Source: Eledone cirrhosa (Eukaryota). From it: 64,000 bases of DNA. The notes under the pieces are model-generated. The model was given only the letters and a program-made list of their open reading frames with translations, made no database searches and was not told where the DNA came from. The position numbers were made by a program, and so were the translations under genes. The stretch is taken from NCBI GenBank assembly GCA_964016885.1, contig OZ024762.1, positions 186,001 through 250,000 on the forward strand. Reading direction: 5' to 3'. Shown piece by piece: positions 13,146-26,650 of this stretch. How positions within the stretch are numbered: the first letter of the stretch is position 1; each line of letters opens with the position of its first letter.

Positions 13146-13723
13146 ATATATGTATGTGTTGATTTATATGTTTATATGTGCATATGCATATATATATATA
13201 TGTATGTGTGTGTCTGTATATGTATAAATGTGTGTATATATATATGTGTGTATACATATATATATATATATATATGTATGTATGTGTGTGTCTGTGTATG
13301 TATATATGTATAAATGTGTATATATATACATATATATATATACATATACATATATCTACAGTGACAGTTGTACAAATACAGAGAACAGGAGACAATGTTG
13401 TAAGGAAGTTAACAAACATTAGATTGTATGTCATGTGATGAGGGGGGTGGGGGTAGAGAGATAGAGAGAGGGGGAGAGGTGGATAGATAGAGGGGGAGAT
13501 AGAGAGGGAAGAGGAGGAAGAGGAGGTAGTGAGATAGAGAGTGAAACAGGGAAACAGAGAGATGGAACAGGAGAGAGTGGGAGTGACTATGAAAAAGAGA
13601 AAGTAAGAGAGAGGGGTTGAGAGAGAGAGAGAGAGTAAGGGTGGAGGAAACGATAAGAGAGAGAGAGGGGAATGTTGTATCTTTTACACAGTAATTCCCA
13701 CTACAGACATAAAAACAATATCA

Positions 13724-13779
<56 letters not shown>

Positions 13780-13822
13780 CATACACACATATATATATAT
13801 ATACACATATATATATGTATAT

Positions 13823-14161
13823 GGAGGCACATGGCTTAGTGGTTAGAGCATTGGCCTTGCAATCGAAAGGTTGTGAGTTCAATTCTCAGACCGGGTGATG
13901 TGTTGTTTCCTTGAGCAAGACACTTTATTTCACATTGCTCCAGTTTACTCAGCTGTAGAAATGAGATGATAGGGACTGAGGTCCCTATCATTCCACTGTA
14001 AAGTGGACGTGTAGGCGCCACGGCAAAAAAGCACCCAGCACTCACTGTAAATGAGGTTGGTGTTAGGAAGGGCATCCAGCTGTAGAAATCAAGCCAGAAT
14101 CAGTTCCCGTCCCACCCTTGCAAGCAGGGAAAAGTGGACGTAAAATGATGATGATGATGAT
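13823..14161 (+). mobile_element. Full-length tRNA-derived SINE with CORE-like segment and RTE-derived 3' tail
   Basis: A box TGGCTTAGTGG, B box GTTCAATTC, CCTTGAGCAAGACACTT core-like segment, and 3' end CCCGTCCCACCCTTGCAAGCAGGGAAAAG.GGACGTAAAA(TGA)n as in the RTE at 48150-48205. Confidence 0.88.
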
Positions 14162-14350
14162 ACATACACACATACATATGTATATATACAACAGACATAT
14201 ATATATATATATATAGTAATAATAATAAGGTTGAAGACTAAAATCCAAAGAGGGCTAGATAAGGATAAATATATATCAAATTTTGTAAGAAAATGAAATT
14301 ATTTAATATGCTTATTTACCGTTTCTTGATATGTAGAATGTGTGTGTATA

Positions 14351-14417
<67 letters not shown>

Positions 14418-14837
14418 ATGTATATATACATATATATATATATACATACACACATACATATGTATATATATATATACATTTATATGTGCATACATACTAT
14501 GATATGAATGTGTGTGCATATATATATATATATATACATGCACACACATATATATACATACATGAGAGAAAGACAGCGAGAGAGAGAAAGAGTAAGAGAG
14601 AGAGAGAAAGAGAGAAAAAGTGAGAGAAATAGAGATACAGTGAGAGAGAGAGAAAGAGAAAGAAAGAGAGAGAGGGGGTGAAAGACAGATAGATATCACC
14701 ATAGTAACTAACTACACTGGAAGTGACATCTTCCCACTGATACTGCCAGCTTGTTACCAACCATTGTTGATGGTTTATGTGTTCGTTACTCAAGACACTG
14801 TTTGTCATCTGAGACGTTTTATGTTAAGAAAAATTGT

Positions 14838-15290
14838 TTGTGAACCGAAACTATTTTTCTCATACGAAACATTGAGACTGTGGAAGACAGATGTCACAAT
14901 AGTAACTACACAGCAAGTGCCACACTTTCCCACCAATACTTCCAGCTTGTTGCCAACTGTTGTTGCCGGCTTGTGTGTTCGTGAACCGAGACGTTTTGTC
15001 CGTGAGCCAAGACATTTTGAGTTCGTAATCCGAGGCAATCTTAAGTTCGTAAACCAAGACGCTTTTGTCCTTGAGCTGAGACATAGTTCGTGAACCAAAT
15101 CACTATTTGTTTGTAAACCGGGTGGTTTAAAGTTCGTGATCCAAGGCGTTGGTGGACCCAATGCACCTTTGAATTCGTGAACCAAGACATTTAGTGCTCG
15201 TGACCCAGGGCGTTTAGTGTTCGTGAACCAAGGCATCGAATCATTTGTTCGTGAACCGAGATGTTGAGACGTTTAATATTCGTGAGCCGA
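14838..15290 (+). repeat. Cluster of ~11 dispersed GTTCGTGAACC(A/G)AG motifs, probably pogo/Tigger-like subterminal repeats
   Basis: The motif recurs in the same orientation with variable ~20-45 nt spacing, mostly in 14975-15290. It is CpG-rich relative to the window. Confidence 0.5.
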
Positions 15291-15508
15291 ATTGTTCTTG
15301 ATAGAAATTGTATTGATTTATAGATTAATTCATTTATTGATTTGTTTTTGATGTTATTGTTACTGTTGTTACATCACAAGTGAGATGTCAGGGAATGATG
15401 AAAGACAAGGTCCGACCCTTAACAGCTGACACAACTTCATCATCATCATCAGTAGTAGTGGTAGTAGTAGTAGTGATGGTGGTGGTGGTGGTAATAGTAG
15501 TAGTAGTT

Positions 15509-15564
<56 letters not shown>

Positions 15565-15598
15565 GATGGTGGTGGTGGTGGTAATAGTAGTAGTAGTT

Positions 15599-15654
<56 letters not shown>

Positions 15655-15743
15655 GGTGGTGGTAGTGGTGGTTCTGTGGTTATTACAGACAGGATATATA
15701 CAGTGACTCCATCTAGCTTACCAATAATTAAACATTATCTCTG

Positions 15744-15781
<38 letters not shown>

Positions 15782-16499
15782 ATAAAGATTGTTCAACTCT
15801 TAATGTTAGTTGAAACAAAAACTAAATCTTTAATTAACCAATCTGCCTTTAGTAATTATTGATAACAGGGAAAGGGGGTTAATTTAGGAGTTAGTGTGTT
15901 GGCATGACAACTACAGGGTCACAGTTTCAATTCCTTTATTTCCTTCTGTACCAACAGCAGCTGGGGAAGCTCATTCTGTGAGGGACTGGCAACCTGTCCA
16001 GGGAGATGCTGCTTAACAACACATAAAACTGGGGCAAGTTCAGATCATTGTCATAATGGTGATGGTGGTGTTGTTGGTGGTAGTAGTGGTGATGGTGGTG
16101 TTGGTGGTAGTGTTGGTGATAGTGGTGATACTAATGGCGATGGTTGTGGTGGTTCTGGTGATGGTGGTGGTGATACTGATGGCGATGGTGGTGGTAGTGA
16201 TGGTGGGGTGATGGTGGTGTTGATGGTGATGGTGGTGTTGATAGCAATGGTGTCTAACACCACAACAATAAGCGCTACTTCATCTAAGAACATTCTCAAA
16301 CATCTGTTCCATTTCATTCCATTTCATTCCATTTCATTCCATTTTATTTTAATTTATTTATTTCACAGACTTACCAAATTGCAGGAACTGGTGCAATAAT
16401 GCGCAGTAATGCACCAGCTCGCCAGCTTTAACATTCAATAATCAGAAGGGAGGTAGGGTAGGTATAAAAGCCAGACTCGTTATTTTCAATTCAGTGTTT

Positions 16500-17075
16500 G
16501 TGCCAACTCTTACCTATGGTTGGATAATGACCGAAAGAATACGATTGCAAATACAAGCGGCCGAAATGAGGTTCCTCCGAAGGGTCTTTGGAGGAACGTT
16601 ACTGGATAGAGTGTGTAACTCGGAGATGAGAGTCACTCCAGGTAGAGCTGCTACTTCTTTGAATTGAGAGATCACAGCTCCGATACTATGGACATGTGGT
16701 TAGAATGTCTCAGGAAAGAATTGCTGGACAGATTCGTAGCTCAGAGATGAGAGAGTCACTCCAGGTAGAGATGCTACTACTCCGAATTGAGAGATGAGAG
16801 AGTCACTCGAGGTAGAGCTATTACTTCTTTGAATTGAGACATCACAGGACATGTGGTTAGAGTGTCTCAGGAAAGAATTACTGGATGAATTTTATGGGCA
16901 AAACCAACCGGTACGAGACCCAGGGGTAGACCCTGAGCAAGATGTTGGATAACATCCATGAGCTTGGCTGGTCACGCTTGGAGGATCTAGCCAGATCAGT
17001 TGGAGACGGTTGCTTCTGACAGGACCCGCTGGAAGGAGTGTTTGAGGACTCAATGACCCTCTCAGGAGGAGGAGA
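16500..17075 (+). mobile_element. Degenerate RTE-clade LINE of a second family with internal duplications
   Basis: Frameshifted LTYG-WIMTERIRLQIQAAEMRFLRRV...LDRV...QLRYYGHVVRM...RPRGRP, with three copies of GAGATGAGAG(AG)TCACTC.AGGTAGA. A fragment also lies at about 24938-24990. Confidence 0.8.
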
Positions 17076-17089
17076 TGACAAAGACTTAC

Positions 17090-17179
17090 CACCAAGGAGG
17101 AAGTTGGTGAGACAGGACGAAGGTCGGCTGTTGACATCCACCGGAGTAATACGATGACAGCTGGTACAATGGTGGAGTT
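17090..17179 (-). CDS. INTS13: INTS13 exon: (E)LHHCTSCHRITPVDVNSRPSSCLTNFLLG
   Basis: Acceptor ctgacag|AA and donor G|gtaagt, 90 nt. PVDVNSRPSSCLTNFLL is essentially identical to recalled human INTS13. Confidence 0.96.
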
Positions 17180-17369
17180 CTGTCAGAGAAACAGGTAAAT
17201 ATAGAGATACAGGTAAATATTGAAATACAGGTAAATATGGTAATATGACAAAAATCCCACACCTGGAAATTCTTGGACTAGACCGAGGAAGTAATGTTTC
17301 CACTAGTGTTTCCAATTACTAATACTATCATACCAGTCATAACTACTGGTAGGTAAATATGTGTGTGTG

Positions 17370-17550
17370 AGTCTCGGGTTCAATCGGAAGTAACCACAGT
17401 AAGGTACTCAATACATTAGTAGAGTGTAAACATCAAGTTTAATATAGAAATGGCTTCTACGGAACTAGAACTGCTTCATTCAAAAGAAATCATGATGATT
17501 TCTTTTGAATGAAACAGTTCTAGTCCTGTAGAAGCCATTTCTATATTAAA
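17370..17550. mobile_element. Fold-back Penelope-like end (palindrome 17438-17550); family also at ~4030-4170 and ~8780-8900
   Basis: Palindrome centred on AAATCATGATGATTT. The arm GAAACAGTTCTAGTCCTGTAGAAGC is shared with 4037-4095, which keeps CTGATGA...GAAA-CAGT-TC. Confidence 0.55.
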
Positions 17551-17693
17551 ATATATATATACATATGTGCTTATGTGTGTGTATGAGAGAGAGAGTGTGT
17601 GTGTGTGCATGTATCTGCAGATGTGTTTTGAATATTCACCACGCGACAGTTCTATATATTATATGTGTATTTTATATATAGCATATAAAGTTT

Positions 17694-17741
<48 letters not shown>

Positions 17742-17924
17742 TATATATATTTATTGAAATAACGGATTAAAGTTTAAGCAAAGAATCGCTGCTTTCATCC
17801 TTAACGGGATCTTCTGAAACTCATATACTCTTTTACCTGTTTCAGCCATCCGGCTGAGGCCATGCTGGGGCATATATATATCAGCACAAACAAAACTATA
17901 AAAAGTAAACCAATGAACACATAC

Positions 17925-18023
17925 CCACAAGATTAGATTTTGGTGTGCACCATTTCAGGGTGACCGTTTCTGTAGGTAAACCTTCTTTCGATGGGATTAT
18001 GAGGCCATCAGCAAGGCCACCAA
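17925..18023 (-). CDS. INTS13: INTS13 exon: (V)GGLADGLIIPSKEGLPTETVTLKWCTPKSNLV
   Basis: Acceptor gttttccag|TT and donor G|gtatgt, 99 nt, phase 1-1. Contains the conserved ETxTLKWCTP motif. Confidence 0.94.
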
Positions 18024-18355
18024 CTGGAAAACAACACAAACAATATTCAGAGTTAATTGGGGCTTTTTAAAATACAAAAGAAAATAAAATGTTGCAGTTT
18101 ACTTGAAGCATTGTACATAATATGTTATATACAATACTTGAAGATTTGTATATAATATATTATATACAATACTTGAAGATTTGTATATAATATACAAATC
18201 TTCAAGTATTGTATATAATATATTATATAATGTGGAAAGTTATATAATATATAATATAATGTGGAAAGTTATATAATATATAATATAATGTGGAAAGTTA
18301 TATAAGACTAAACAATACAAGACAAGAAACCAGAAGAGTTTTCTCTGAGAGTTCC

Positions 18356-18584
18356 TAAATCATTTAGCATTTAAACCAACCATATCTGGCCAGAATTCTC
18401 TCACCTCTATCTATTCAAACTGGACATAATTGGCTGCTCATACTGATGTTAAGGTATTGTTCTCAAAATATATAATAACAAAATCTCGTAGATTCAATAT
18501 TATGTGAGATAATTATAAAAGATAAGGCCTTTACCACAAAAATGCAATAGTAAATATAGAGTAATGTAAATACTAAAGGGTTAA
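18356..18584. mobile_element. piggyBac-like MITE; related internally rearranged copy at 57435-57671
   Basis: Starts ..TTTAGCATTTAAAC and ends TAAAGGG-TTAA. Shares GCCTTTACCA..AAAAT.CAATAGTA.ATATAGAGT.ATGTAAAT with the 57.5-kb copy. Confidence 0.55.
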
Positions 18585-18947
18585 CCTGTGAAGAAGAGAA
18601 TAAGTCCCAAAATATTAGGACAAAAGAAACAATAACAAAACAAAGATTAGCAGGTAACTTACTTTTCCGTTACCTTCATCTTAGCATCCATTTTACATTG
18701 TTTAGCCTTATATCACTTTCAATGTTATATAACAAAAGAACATTTTTTTATAAATAAAATAAAATGAATTATAAAATCAAAGAAAAGATCTGACAGGATA
18801 GTGTGGGGTGTGTGTAGGAGGGTGTGTGTGTAGGAGAGAGAATGTGTGTGTGCAGGTGTGTGGGAGAATGTCTGTGTGAGTGTGTACGTGAAGCATTGCA
18901 AGTATATATACGTGAGTATATGTACTTGTGGGTGAGTATATCCTTAC

Positions 18948-19032
18948 CTTGTCTCTTTAATTCCTCGTGTGCCACAGCTGGGTGAAGCAGCTCCACATCA
19001 TAATTGGCAGAGGAACTGGCATTTTGTTCTTC
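18948..19032 (-). CDS. INTS13: INTS13 exon: EEQNASSSANYDVELLHPAVAHEELKRQ
   Basis: Acceptor gtctccag|GAA and donor AAG|gtaagg, 85 nt. Contains the conserved EEQxAxxSANYDVELLH motif. Confidence 0.95.
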
Positions 19033-19153
19033 CTGGAGACAGAAGAGAAACAGAGGAGGAAATGAATAAATTAAGCTAAAAAAACAACCTCCATTTCTTA
19101 CGATTTAATTATTTTCCGTCCAAACCCACATTGCCGTAGCTTTCAAACTTCAA

Positions 19154-19206
<53 letters not shown>

Positions 19207-19377
19207 CCCAAAATAAAGATCTGTATGAGCATGGCTTAATCTCCTGACTTGAATTGTCTCGTAACACGACAACCCATGTAAACCTTGTAAGTGTGGGAGA
19301 TAGACATTAAGTGATGATAAAGATGAAATAACTATATACATATAAATATATATATACATATATATAAGAATGTATAC

Positions 19378-19430
<53 letters not shown>

Positions 19431-19563
19431 CAAGACCACCATATCTCATGATGGATAAAAGACAGCCAGAATAATTTCCCTCTCATTTATACAATTTATC
19501 TGTCTATGACATCAAAGTAAAATTTTGTATTGAGAGCCGCCACAACAACAATATGTAAATAAA

Positions 19564-19611
<48 letters not shown>

Positions 19612-19767
19612 TGTGTGTATATACATATATATATATATACATATGCATGTGTGAATATATGGGGTGAGGTGGGGGTATTTTATAAATATATATATAAATA
19701 TATATGCTACCGTGGAAAATGGGTGTTAAACGTTGATGATGATGATGATGATATATATATATGTATA

Positions 19768-19845
19768 CAGGGTGTCCCAAAAAATGTATACATAATTTGA
19801 TTAGAATGCTGCTAAAGTGTGTATACATTTTTTGGAGGCACCCTA
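19768..19845. mobile_element. ~80-bp Tc1/mariner-type MITE
   Basis: TIRs CAGGGTGTCCCAAAAAATGTATACA / TGTATACATTTTTTGGAGGCACCCT with TA flanks and an internal AGAATGCTG motif. Confidence 0.8.
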
Positions 19846-20157
19846 TATATATGTATGTATATATATATATATATATATAACAGAAAAAACAGCAAAGTCC
19901 TATAGAAATGCTTAAATACTGCAGAAAAGATAAAGTCCACTTCTTTGGAACAATTCTCATATCTCAATGACGGAACAAAGTGTGTGTGTAGGTAGACATG
20001 TGTATATTGTGTATGTGAGTGTGTGTAGGTAGACATGTGTATGTGTACATGTGTGTGTGTAGGTAGACATATATATGGTGTATATGTGTGTGTGTGTGTG
20101 TGTGTAGGTAGACATATATATTGTGTATATGTGTGTGTGTGTGTGTGTAGGTAGACA

Positions 20158-20202
<45 letters not shown>

Positions 20203-21255
20203 CCATATACACACACACATATACATTCATTTTCGAACACCCCTCCCCAATCCTGATAATTTCTGTGCTAATAAATTCTTTTTCTATCAATCATCACACA
20301 CACGTGTGTATATATATTTATATATACACACACATAGTCACATATATACACAGACACACATAGTGACATATATACACACACAGATACACATACATAAACA
20401 TACACACATATAGATATACACAGAAACACACACACACACACACATATATATATATGTATATAAGCAAGTATTGCACCAAGAAAAATACAGACTTCAGCGA
20501 GAAAGGAGATTAGGAATTTATTTTCCTATAACATATGTTTCTGGGTATATTATAATTGTCTACATATGCTGACTACAATATATATTGTATCATATGCAAT
20601 ACTTAATTATTTATCACATGTCTTTAAAACAAGGTACAAGGTATCACAATAAGGTGTATTTACTATACACAGTTACAACAGTTTTAGAGATGGCTCAGTA
20701 TATATATATATATATATATATAAATGTTGTAGACCAGACTCCAGTCTTGATCTCCTCATCAGGCTTGTTAATCAAGTAAAAGCAAAGTCTCATGTCATGG
20801 CATCCCGTACCAAACAATGTACACACCACCAAATATGGATATTGACCAATCACAGCACACACTGAGACATACTCCGAAACAAACACACACACATACGTAC
20901 TCATACATACACACACACACATACAGCCACTGTATGTATTTAAACAGAAATAAAGTTGATGAAATGGGTTGGCAGAAAAATTGCTTTCATAACAGTTTAA
21001 ACAGAAATAACAGCACCACCACTGCAGCCACCACTACCACCACCACCACCCACACCCCCACCACCAATTCCGCCACCACCAGCACCACCACCACCACTAC
21101 CACCATCACCACCACCACCACAACTACAACCATGACAACCACATCTTCTCAAAGAATCTTTAGCACCACTGGACATCTGGACTGCATCAGTTCTTATTAG
21201 TATACAACTAGCAATAACTAATGGAGAGTTTTATTATTAAGAATTCCCTTTGAAT

Positions 21256-21363
<108 letters not shown>

Positions 21364-21396
21364 GTATATGTATCCAATATGATATCCATGTGTCTG

Positions 21397-21427
<31 letters not shown>

Positions 21428-21890
21428 ATATATATATTATATACAGAGAAACTCAGCAAGATATTTAGAATGAAAGAAAAGAAAGAAACAAGTACAAAAA
21501 TATTTAAAAGAACACACACACAAAAAACCCCAAAAGAAAAGCATTTTCTTTCATGTTAGTGTTGTTCAATATAACGCAAGCGATATCATTATTGATTTCT
21601 ATTTATTAATATCATTCTAAGACATACTGATACTGGAGTGATATCACTGTGCTAATATCTTCGATGTTGCTTTCCAAAATCGCAATGAGTACAAATGGCA
21701 GAAAGGAAAAAAGAAATACTAAACTTTCCTCGTTTATAATTTTATATTCTTCGCAATATCCATTTTCCTATCTCGTTTCGCAGACAAATAAAAAAAAATT
21801 AGTGAAAATTCGTCAAAAAAGGAAAAAAAAGATTTTTCAAAAGTGAAGCTATCATCTCAGGGCACTGCATTAGGTTAACTGATTTCTAAA

Positions 21891-23044
21891 CCATATTTCT
21901 ACTGAAAGACACTGTCTATGTCATTAACCCTTCCATTATCATATTTCTACTGAAAGACACTGCCTATGTCATTAACCCTTCCATTACCATATTTCTACTG
22001 AAAGACCCTGTCTATGTCATTAACCCTTCCATTATCATATTTCTACTGAAAGACACTGTCTATGTCATTAACCCTTCCATTACCATATTTCTAATGAAAG
22101 ACCCTGTCTATGTCATTAACCCTTCCATTACCATATTTCTACTGAAAGACACTGTCTATGTCATTAACCCTTCCATTACCATATTTCTAGTGAAAGACAC
22201 TGTCTATGTCATTAACCCTTCCATTACCATATTTCTACTGAAAGACACTGTCTATGTCATTAACCCTTTCATTACCATATTTCTACTGAAAGACACTGTC
22301 TATGTCATTAACCCTTCCATTACCATATTTCTACTGAAAGACCCTGTCTATGTCATTAACCCTTCCATTACCATATTTCTACTGAAAGACACTGTCTATG
22401 TCATTAACCCTTTCATTACCATATTTCTAATGAAAGACACTGTCTATGTCATTAACCCTTCCATTACCATATTTCTACTGAAAGACACTGTCTATGTCAT
22501 TAACCCTTCCATTACCATATTTCTACTGAAAGACCCTGTCTATGTCATTAACCCTTCCATTATCATATTTCTACTGAAAGACACTGTCTATGTCATTAAC
22601 CCTTCCATTACCATATTTCTAATGAAAGACCCTGGTCTATGTCATTAACCCTTCCATTACCATATTTCTACTGAAAGACACTGTCTATGTCATTAACCCT
22701 TCCATTATCATATTTCTACTGAAAGACACTGTCTATGTCATTAACCCTTTCATTACCATATTTCTACTGAAAGACACTGTCTATGTCATTAACCCTTCCA
22801 TTATCATATTTCTACTGAAAGACACTGTCTATGTCATTAACCCTTCCATTATCATATTTCTACTGAAAGACACTGTCTATGTCATTAACCCTTTCATTAC
22901 CATATTTCTAATGAAAGACACTGTCTATGTCATTAACCCTTTCATTACCATATTTCTACTGAAAGACACTGTCTATGTCATTAACCCTTTCATTACCATA
23001 TTTCTAATGAAAGACACTGTCTATGTCATTAACCCTTTCATTAC
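21891..23044 (+). repeat. 48-bp minisatellite, ~24 copies
   Basis: Unit CATATTTCTACTGAAAGACACTGTCTATGTCATTAACCCTTCCATTAC, seen as 16-aa periodicity in the ORF track. Confidence 0.95.
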
Positions 23045-23130
23045 TGATCCAGACGTATATTATTATTATTGTCTGAGATCCAGAAACCTTTGGTAATGGA
23101 GTAGTTATATTTTGTGTTGTTCACTTTCTA

Positions 23131-23183
<53 letters not shown>

Positions 23184-23878
23184 GAGAGGGGGGGAGAATA
23201 TTTATACATACACATATATACATGTATATCAACACACAGTATGTGTGTGTATGTGTGTGTGTGTGTGGATGTGTGTGTATGTGTGTGTACAAGAAATATT
23301 TGGGTTGTCAATCTTGTTAATCTGTCAGTTACGAATCAAACATGGTAGAGGTGGGGTGGGATAAGGTGGGGTGGAGGATTGGGATTGATGAGGTGGGAGG
23401 TGGACTGTGATGGTGGGTATGGGGTGAGGTGGGAGTTGGGGTTGAGGTGGTGGTGGAATGGGTAAGAGTGGAGTGTAGGAAGTGAGATTCAAGTGAGTGG
23501 AGGAGTGAGGTGAAGGTGATGTTAGTGTGGTGGGGTAGAGGTGGAGTGTGTGGGGTGGGAGGGACTAGAAGTGGTGGTGGGTGGGAGGTGAGAAAGCAAT
23601 AAGCACAAAACCGTTCCCCCCCCACACAATACCACCACAACACTACCACTCCCCACACCAACAATCCACCACAATATCCCCCACCTCAACCCCCACCCAC
23701 CACCACCTGACCCCCCACCCCACCCCACCAAATCAAATAAAGCCAGTTTTATTGTAAGATATAGTTAACATTGGTCTACATCAGATAAATTCTCATTGTT
23801 TTCTTCAAAACTTTTTACAATTGTTTAGGTAAACAACCGAACTAATAGCATTTCATGATCATTAATTTACTGCTGGTC

Positions 23879-23917
<39 letters not shown>

Positions 23918-23981
23918 TATATACTTATATATATATATAGATATATATATATATATACTTATATATATATAGATATATATA

Positions 23982-24068
<87 letters not shown>

Positions 24069-24389
24069 TTATATGTATATATATATACCTATATATATAT
24101 ACTGTTGTGTTGAAACATTTTATTTTTATTCATTAATTTATTTACTGAATTGTTAACAAATGTCTAATTATTTCTTTTCTTTTCTTACACTCGTCTATCC
24201 TTCAATCTCTCTTTCTCTCCCTCTCTCTCAAACATCTTTTCTTCTCTCTCTTTCTCTCTCTCATATTTTCAGGCAGGTTTACATGCCTACAAATTAGATA
24301 TGTGTATATATTTATACACACTGGAGCAGTCTCCATTACACATTCTGTATTTATACAGATAATCATATACATCAACTGCTAGCATGGGT

Positions 24390-24460
<71 letters not shown>

Positions 24461-24487
24461 CACATATATATACATATATACATACAC

Positions 24488-24528
<41 letters not shown>

Positions 24529-24733
24529 GATACATACATAGATATACTTAATATTAGCTACAATGTTTAGTTATTTCTAAACACTGGTGTATATGATGTA
24601 TATGGTGTGTATATATATATATCTATATGGTGTATATATGATGTATATATATGACAGAGGTGTGCACACAATGTACACTTTTGATACCTGTCAATGTATA
24701 TTTATTTGTAGAGTATAGAAATAGTTGTCTTAC

Positions 24734-24862
24734 CTTCATAGGAATTCCTGTGACCGTAGTAGATGATAGATTGTAGTACAGTTGGACCAGTGCTGCAAGT
24801 CTGTTGTAGAGAATACGACCAGCTTGTGTGACATGGACCTCGACTGAGAGTTGGGGAGATAC
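24734..24862 (-). CDS. INTS13: INTS13 exon: VSPQLSVEVHVTQAGRILYNRLAALVQLYYNLSSTTVTGIPMK
   Basis: Acceptor tccttcag|GTA and donor AAG|gtaaga, 129 nt, phase 0-0. Similar to human LSPVLTSEVHSVRAGRHL...STTITNIPMK. Confidence 0.93.
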
Positions 24863-25017
24863 CTGAAGGATAAAGTCAGGAGAAGCATCATCATCATCAA
24901 CAACATCATCAACATCATCATCATCATATTCACCACCATTGCTGGACAGATTTTACGGGCAAAACCAACTGGCAGGAGAGCTCCAGCCACATTGAAACGC
25001 CCGTAGAGATGTATAAA

Positions 25018-25136
25018 TAATTGTTTCTACTTTTGGCACAAGGCCAGCAATTACCCAGTACATTACTGGTACTTTATTTTATCGACCCCGTAAGGATGAA
25101 AGGTAAAGTTAACCTCGGCGGGATTTGAACTCAGAC
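25018..25136 (-). mobile_element. 5'-truncated SINE family A
   Basis: Reverse complement of the B box through tail region. Confidence 0.82.
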
Positions 25137-25179
25137 CATAAATAATAATAATAATAATCCTTGATCTTATTGAATTTTA

Positions 25180-25250
<71 letters not shown>

Positions 25251-25325
25251 GTAAACAGAAATAACAACACAATCAGTACAGTATATGGAAGGAATATATT
25301 AACACTTGAAATAGCAGGAGGAGGG

Positions 25326-25361
25326 TGTTAACGTTTCGGACGCTAGTCCTTCATCAGAAGA
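25326..25361 (-). ncRNA. Ultra-minimal hammerhead-like motif of a second dispersed family, sense to INTS13 intron
   Basis: Minus strand reads CTT-CTGATGA-A-GGAC-TAGC-GTCC-GAAA-CGTT-AAC. Related copies at about 28223-28257(-), 30808-30845(-), 36748-36785(-), 40251-40286(-) and 62501-62540(+). Stem I is weak. Confidence 0.55.
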
Positions 25362-25469
25362 AAGAATGAGGAATTAGAAAGATTGAAGGAACGGGTGGGA
25401 TGGAATCGGAAAAAATGTCTTTAGATAAAAATAACAGATCCTTTCATGTTGCCATCTCTTGGAAAACAC

Positions 25470-25501
<32 letters not shown>

Positions 25502-25559
25502 GTCGCAGTAGTAGAGAATAATTAAAATACTATATATATATACATATATACATACATAC

Positions 25560-25650
25560 CTCCTTCAAGGGTTTGTCTGAGATCTTTAACTCATCACCAA
25601 TAGGTACAATGTGAACCAGAACCAAATCACAATGGTTGATTGGCAGAAGT
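25560..25650 (-). CDS. INTS13: INTS13/asunder internal exon (most 5' exon found): xLLPINHCDLVLVHIVPIGDELKISDKPLKE
   Basis: Acceptor cattacag|A and donor GAG|gtatgt, 91 nt. Matches recalled human INTS13 segment LMQIQKCELVLIHTYPVGEDSLVSDRSKKE. Ends phase 0, fitting the next exon. Confidence 0.88.
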
Positions 25651-25857
25651 CTGTAATGAGACAAATAAAAACCATATTAATTAGATAATTAATTCGTAAT
25701 TATTCCATAATTACAGAAAAACTCTTCCTAATTAATTCTTTTAAAATATTCGACAAATGGGAATTTATTGATTTGGGATTTGGGTTGGTTTGTTTGTTTT
25801 TTTGGGGTTATTTTTTCAATCGTTAATAATTTTCTTCATTCACAGTAACTGCCTAGT

Positions 25858-26650
25858 TGGTGTTGGTGGTGGTGGGGTGTTGTTACTGTTGTTGTTGGTG
25901 TTGGTGGTGGTGGTGGTGTTGTTACTGTTGCTGTTGGTGTTGGTGGTGGTGGTGGTGGGGGTGTTGTTACTGTTGCTGTTGGTGTTGGTGGTGGTGGTGG
26001 TGGGGGTGTTGTTACTGTTGTTGTTGGTGTTGGTGGTGGTGGGGGTGTTGTTACTGTTGCTGTTGGTGTTGGTGGTGGTGGTGGTGGGGGTGTTGTTACT
26101 GTTGCTGTTGGTGTTGGTGGTGGTGGTGGTGGGGGTGTTGTTACTGTTGTTGTTGGTGTTGGTGGTGGTGGTGGTGTTGTTACTGTTGCTGTTGGTGTTG
26201 GTGGTGGTGGTGGTGGGGGTGTTGTTACTGTTGTTGTTGGTGTTGGTGGTGGTGGTGGTGTTGTTACTGTTGCTGTTGGTGTTGGTGGTGGTGGTGGTGG
26301 GGGTGTTGTTACTGTTGCTGTTGGTGTTGGTGGTGGTGGTGGTGGGGGTGTTGTTACTGTTGTTGTTGGTGTTGGTGGTGGTGGGGGTGTTGTTACTGTT
26401 GTTGTTGGTGTTGGTGGTGGTGGTGGTGTTGTTACTGTTGCTGTTGGTGTTGGTGGTGGTGGTGGTGGGGGTGTTGTTACTGTTGTTGTTGGTGTTGGTG
26501 GTGGTGGGGGTGTTGTTACTGTTGTTGTTGGTGTTGGTGGTGGTGGGGGTGTTGTTACTGTTGCTGTTGGTGTTGGTGGTGGTGGTGGTGGGGGTGTTGT
26601 TACTGTTGTTGGTGTTGGTGGTGGTGGGGGTGTTGTTACTGTTGTTGTTT
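25858..26650 (+). repeat. ~36-45-bp G/T-rich minisatellite
   Basis: (GGT)n-GGGGGTGTTGTTACTGTTG(C/T)TGTTGGTGTT units. Confidence 0.92.

Noticed and set aside
13823-13895. tRNA gene
   Set aside because: A and B boxes are present, but the sequence continues into a SINE body and I could not build a convincing cloverleaf.
21891-23044. CRISPR-like appearance or 16-aa repeat protein (also 48826-49650, 56963-57254, 63805-64000)
   Set aside because: Units are contiguous with no unique spacers, there are no cas genes, the context is eukaryotic, and frameshifts interrupt the ORFs.
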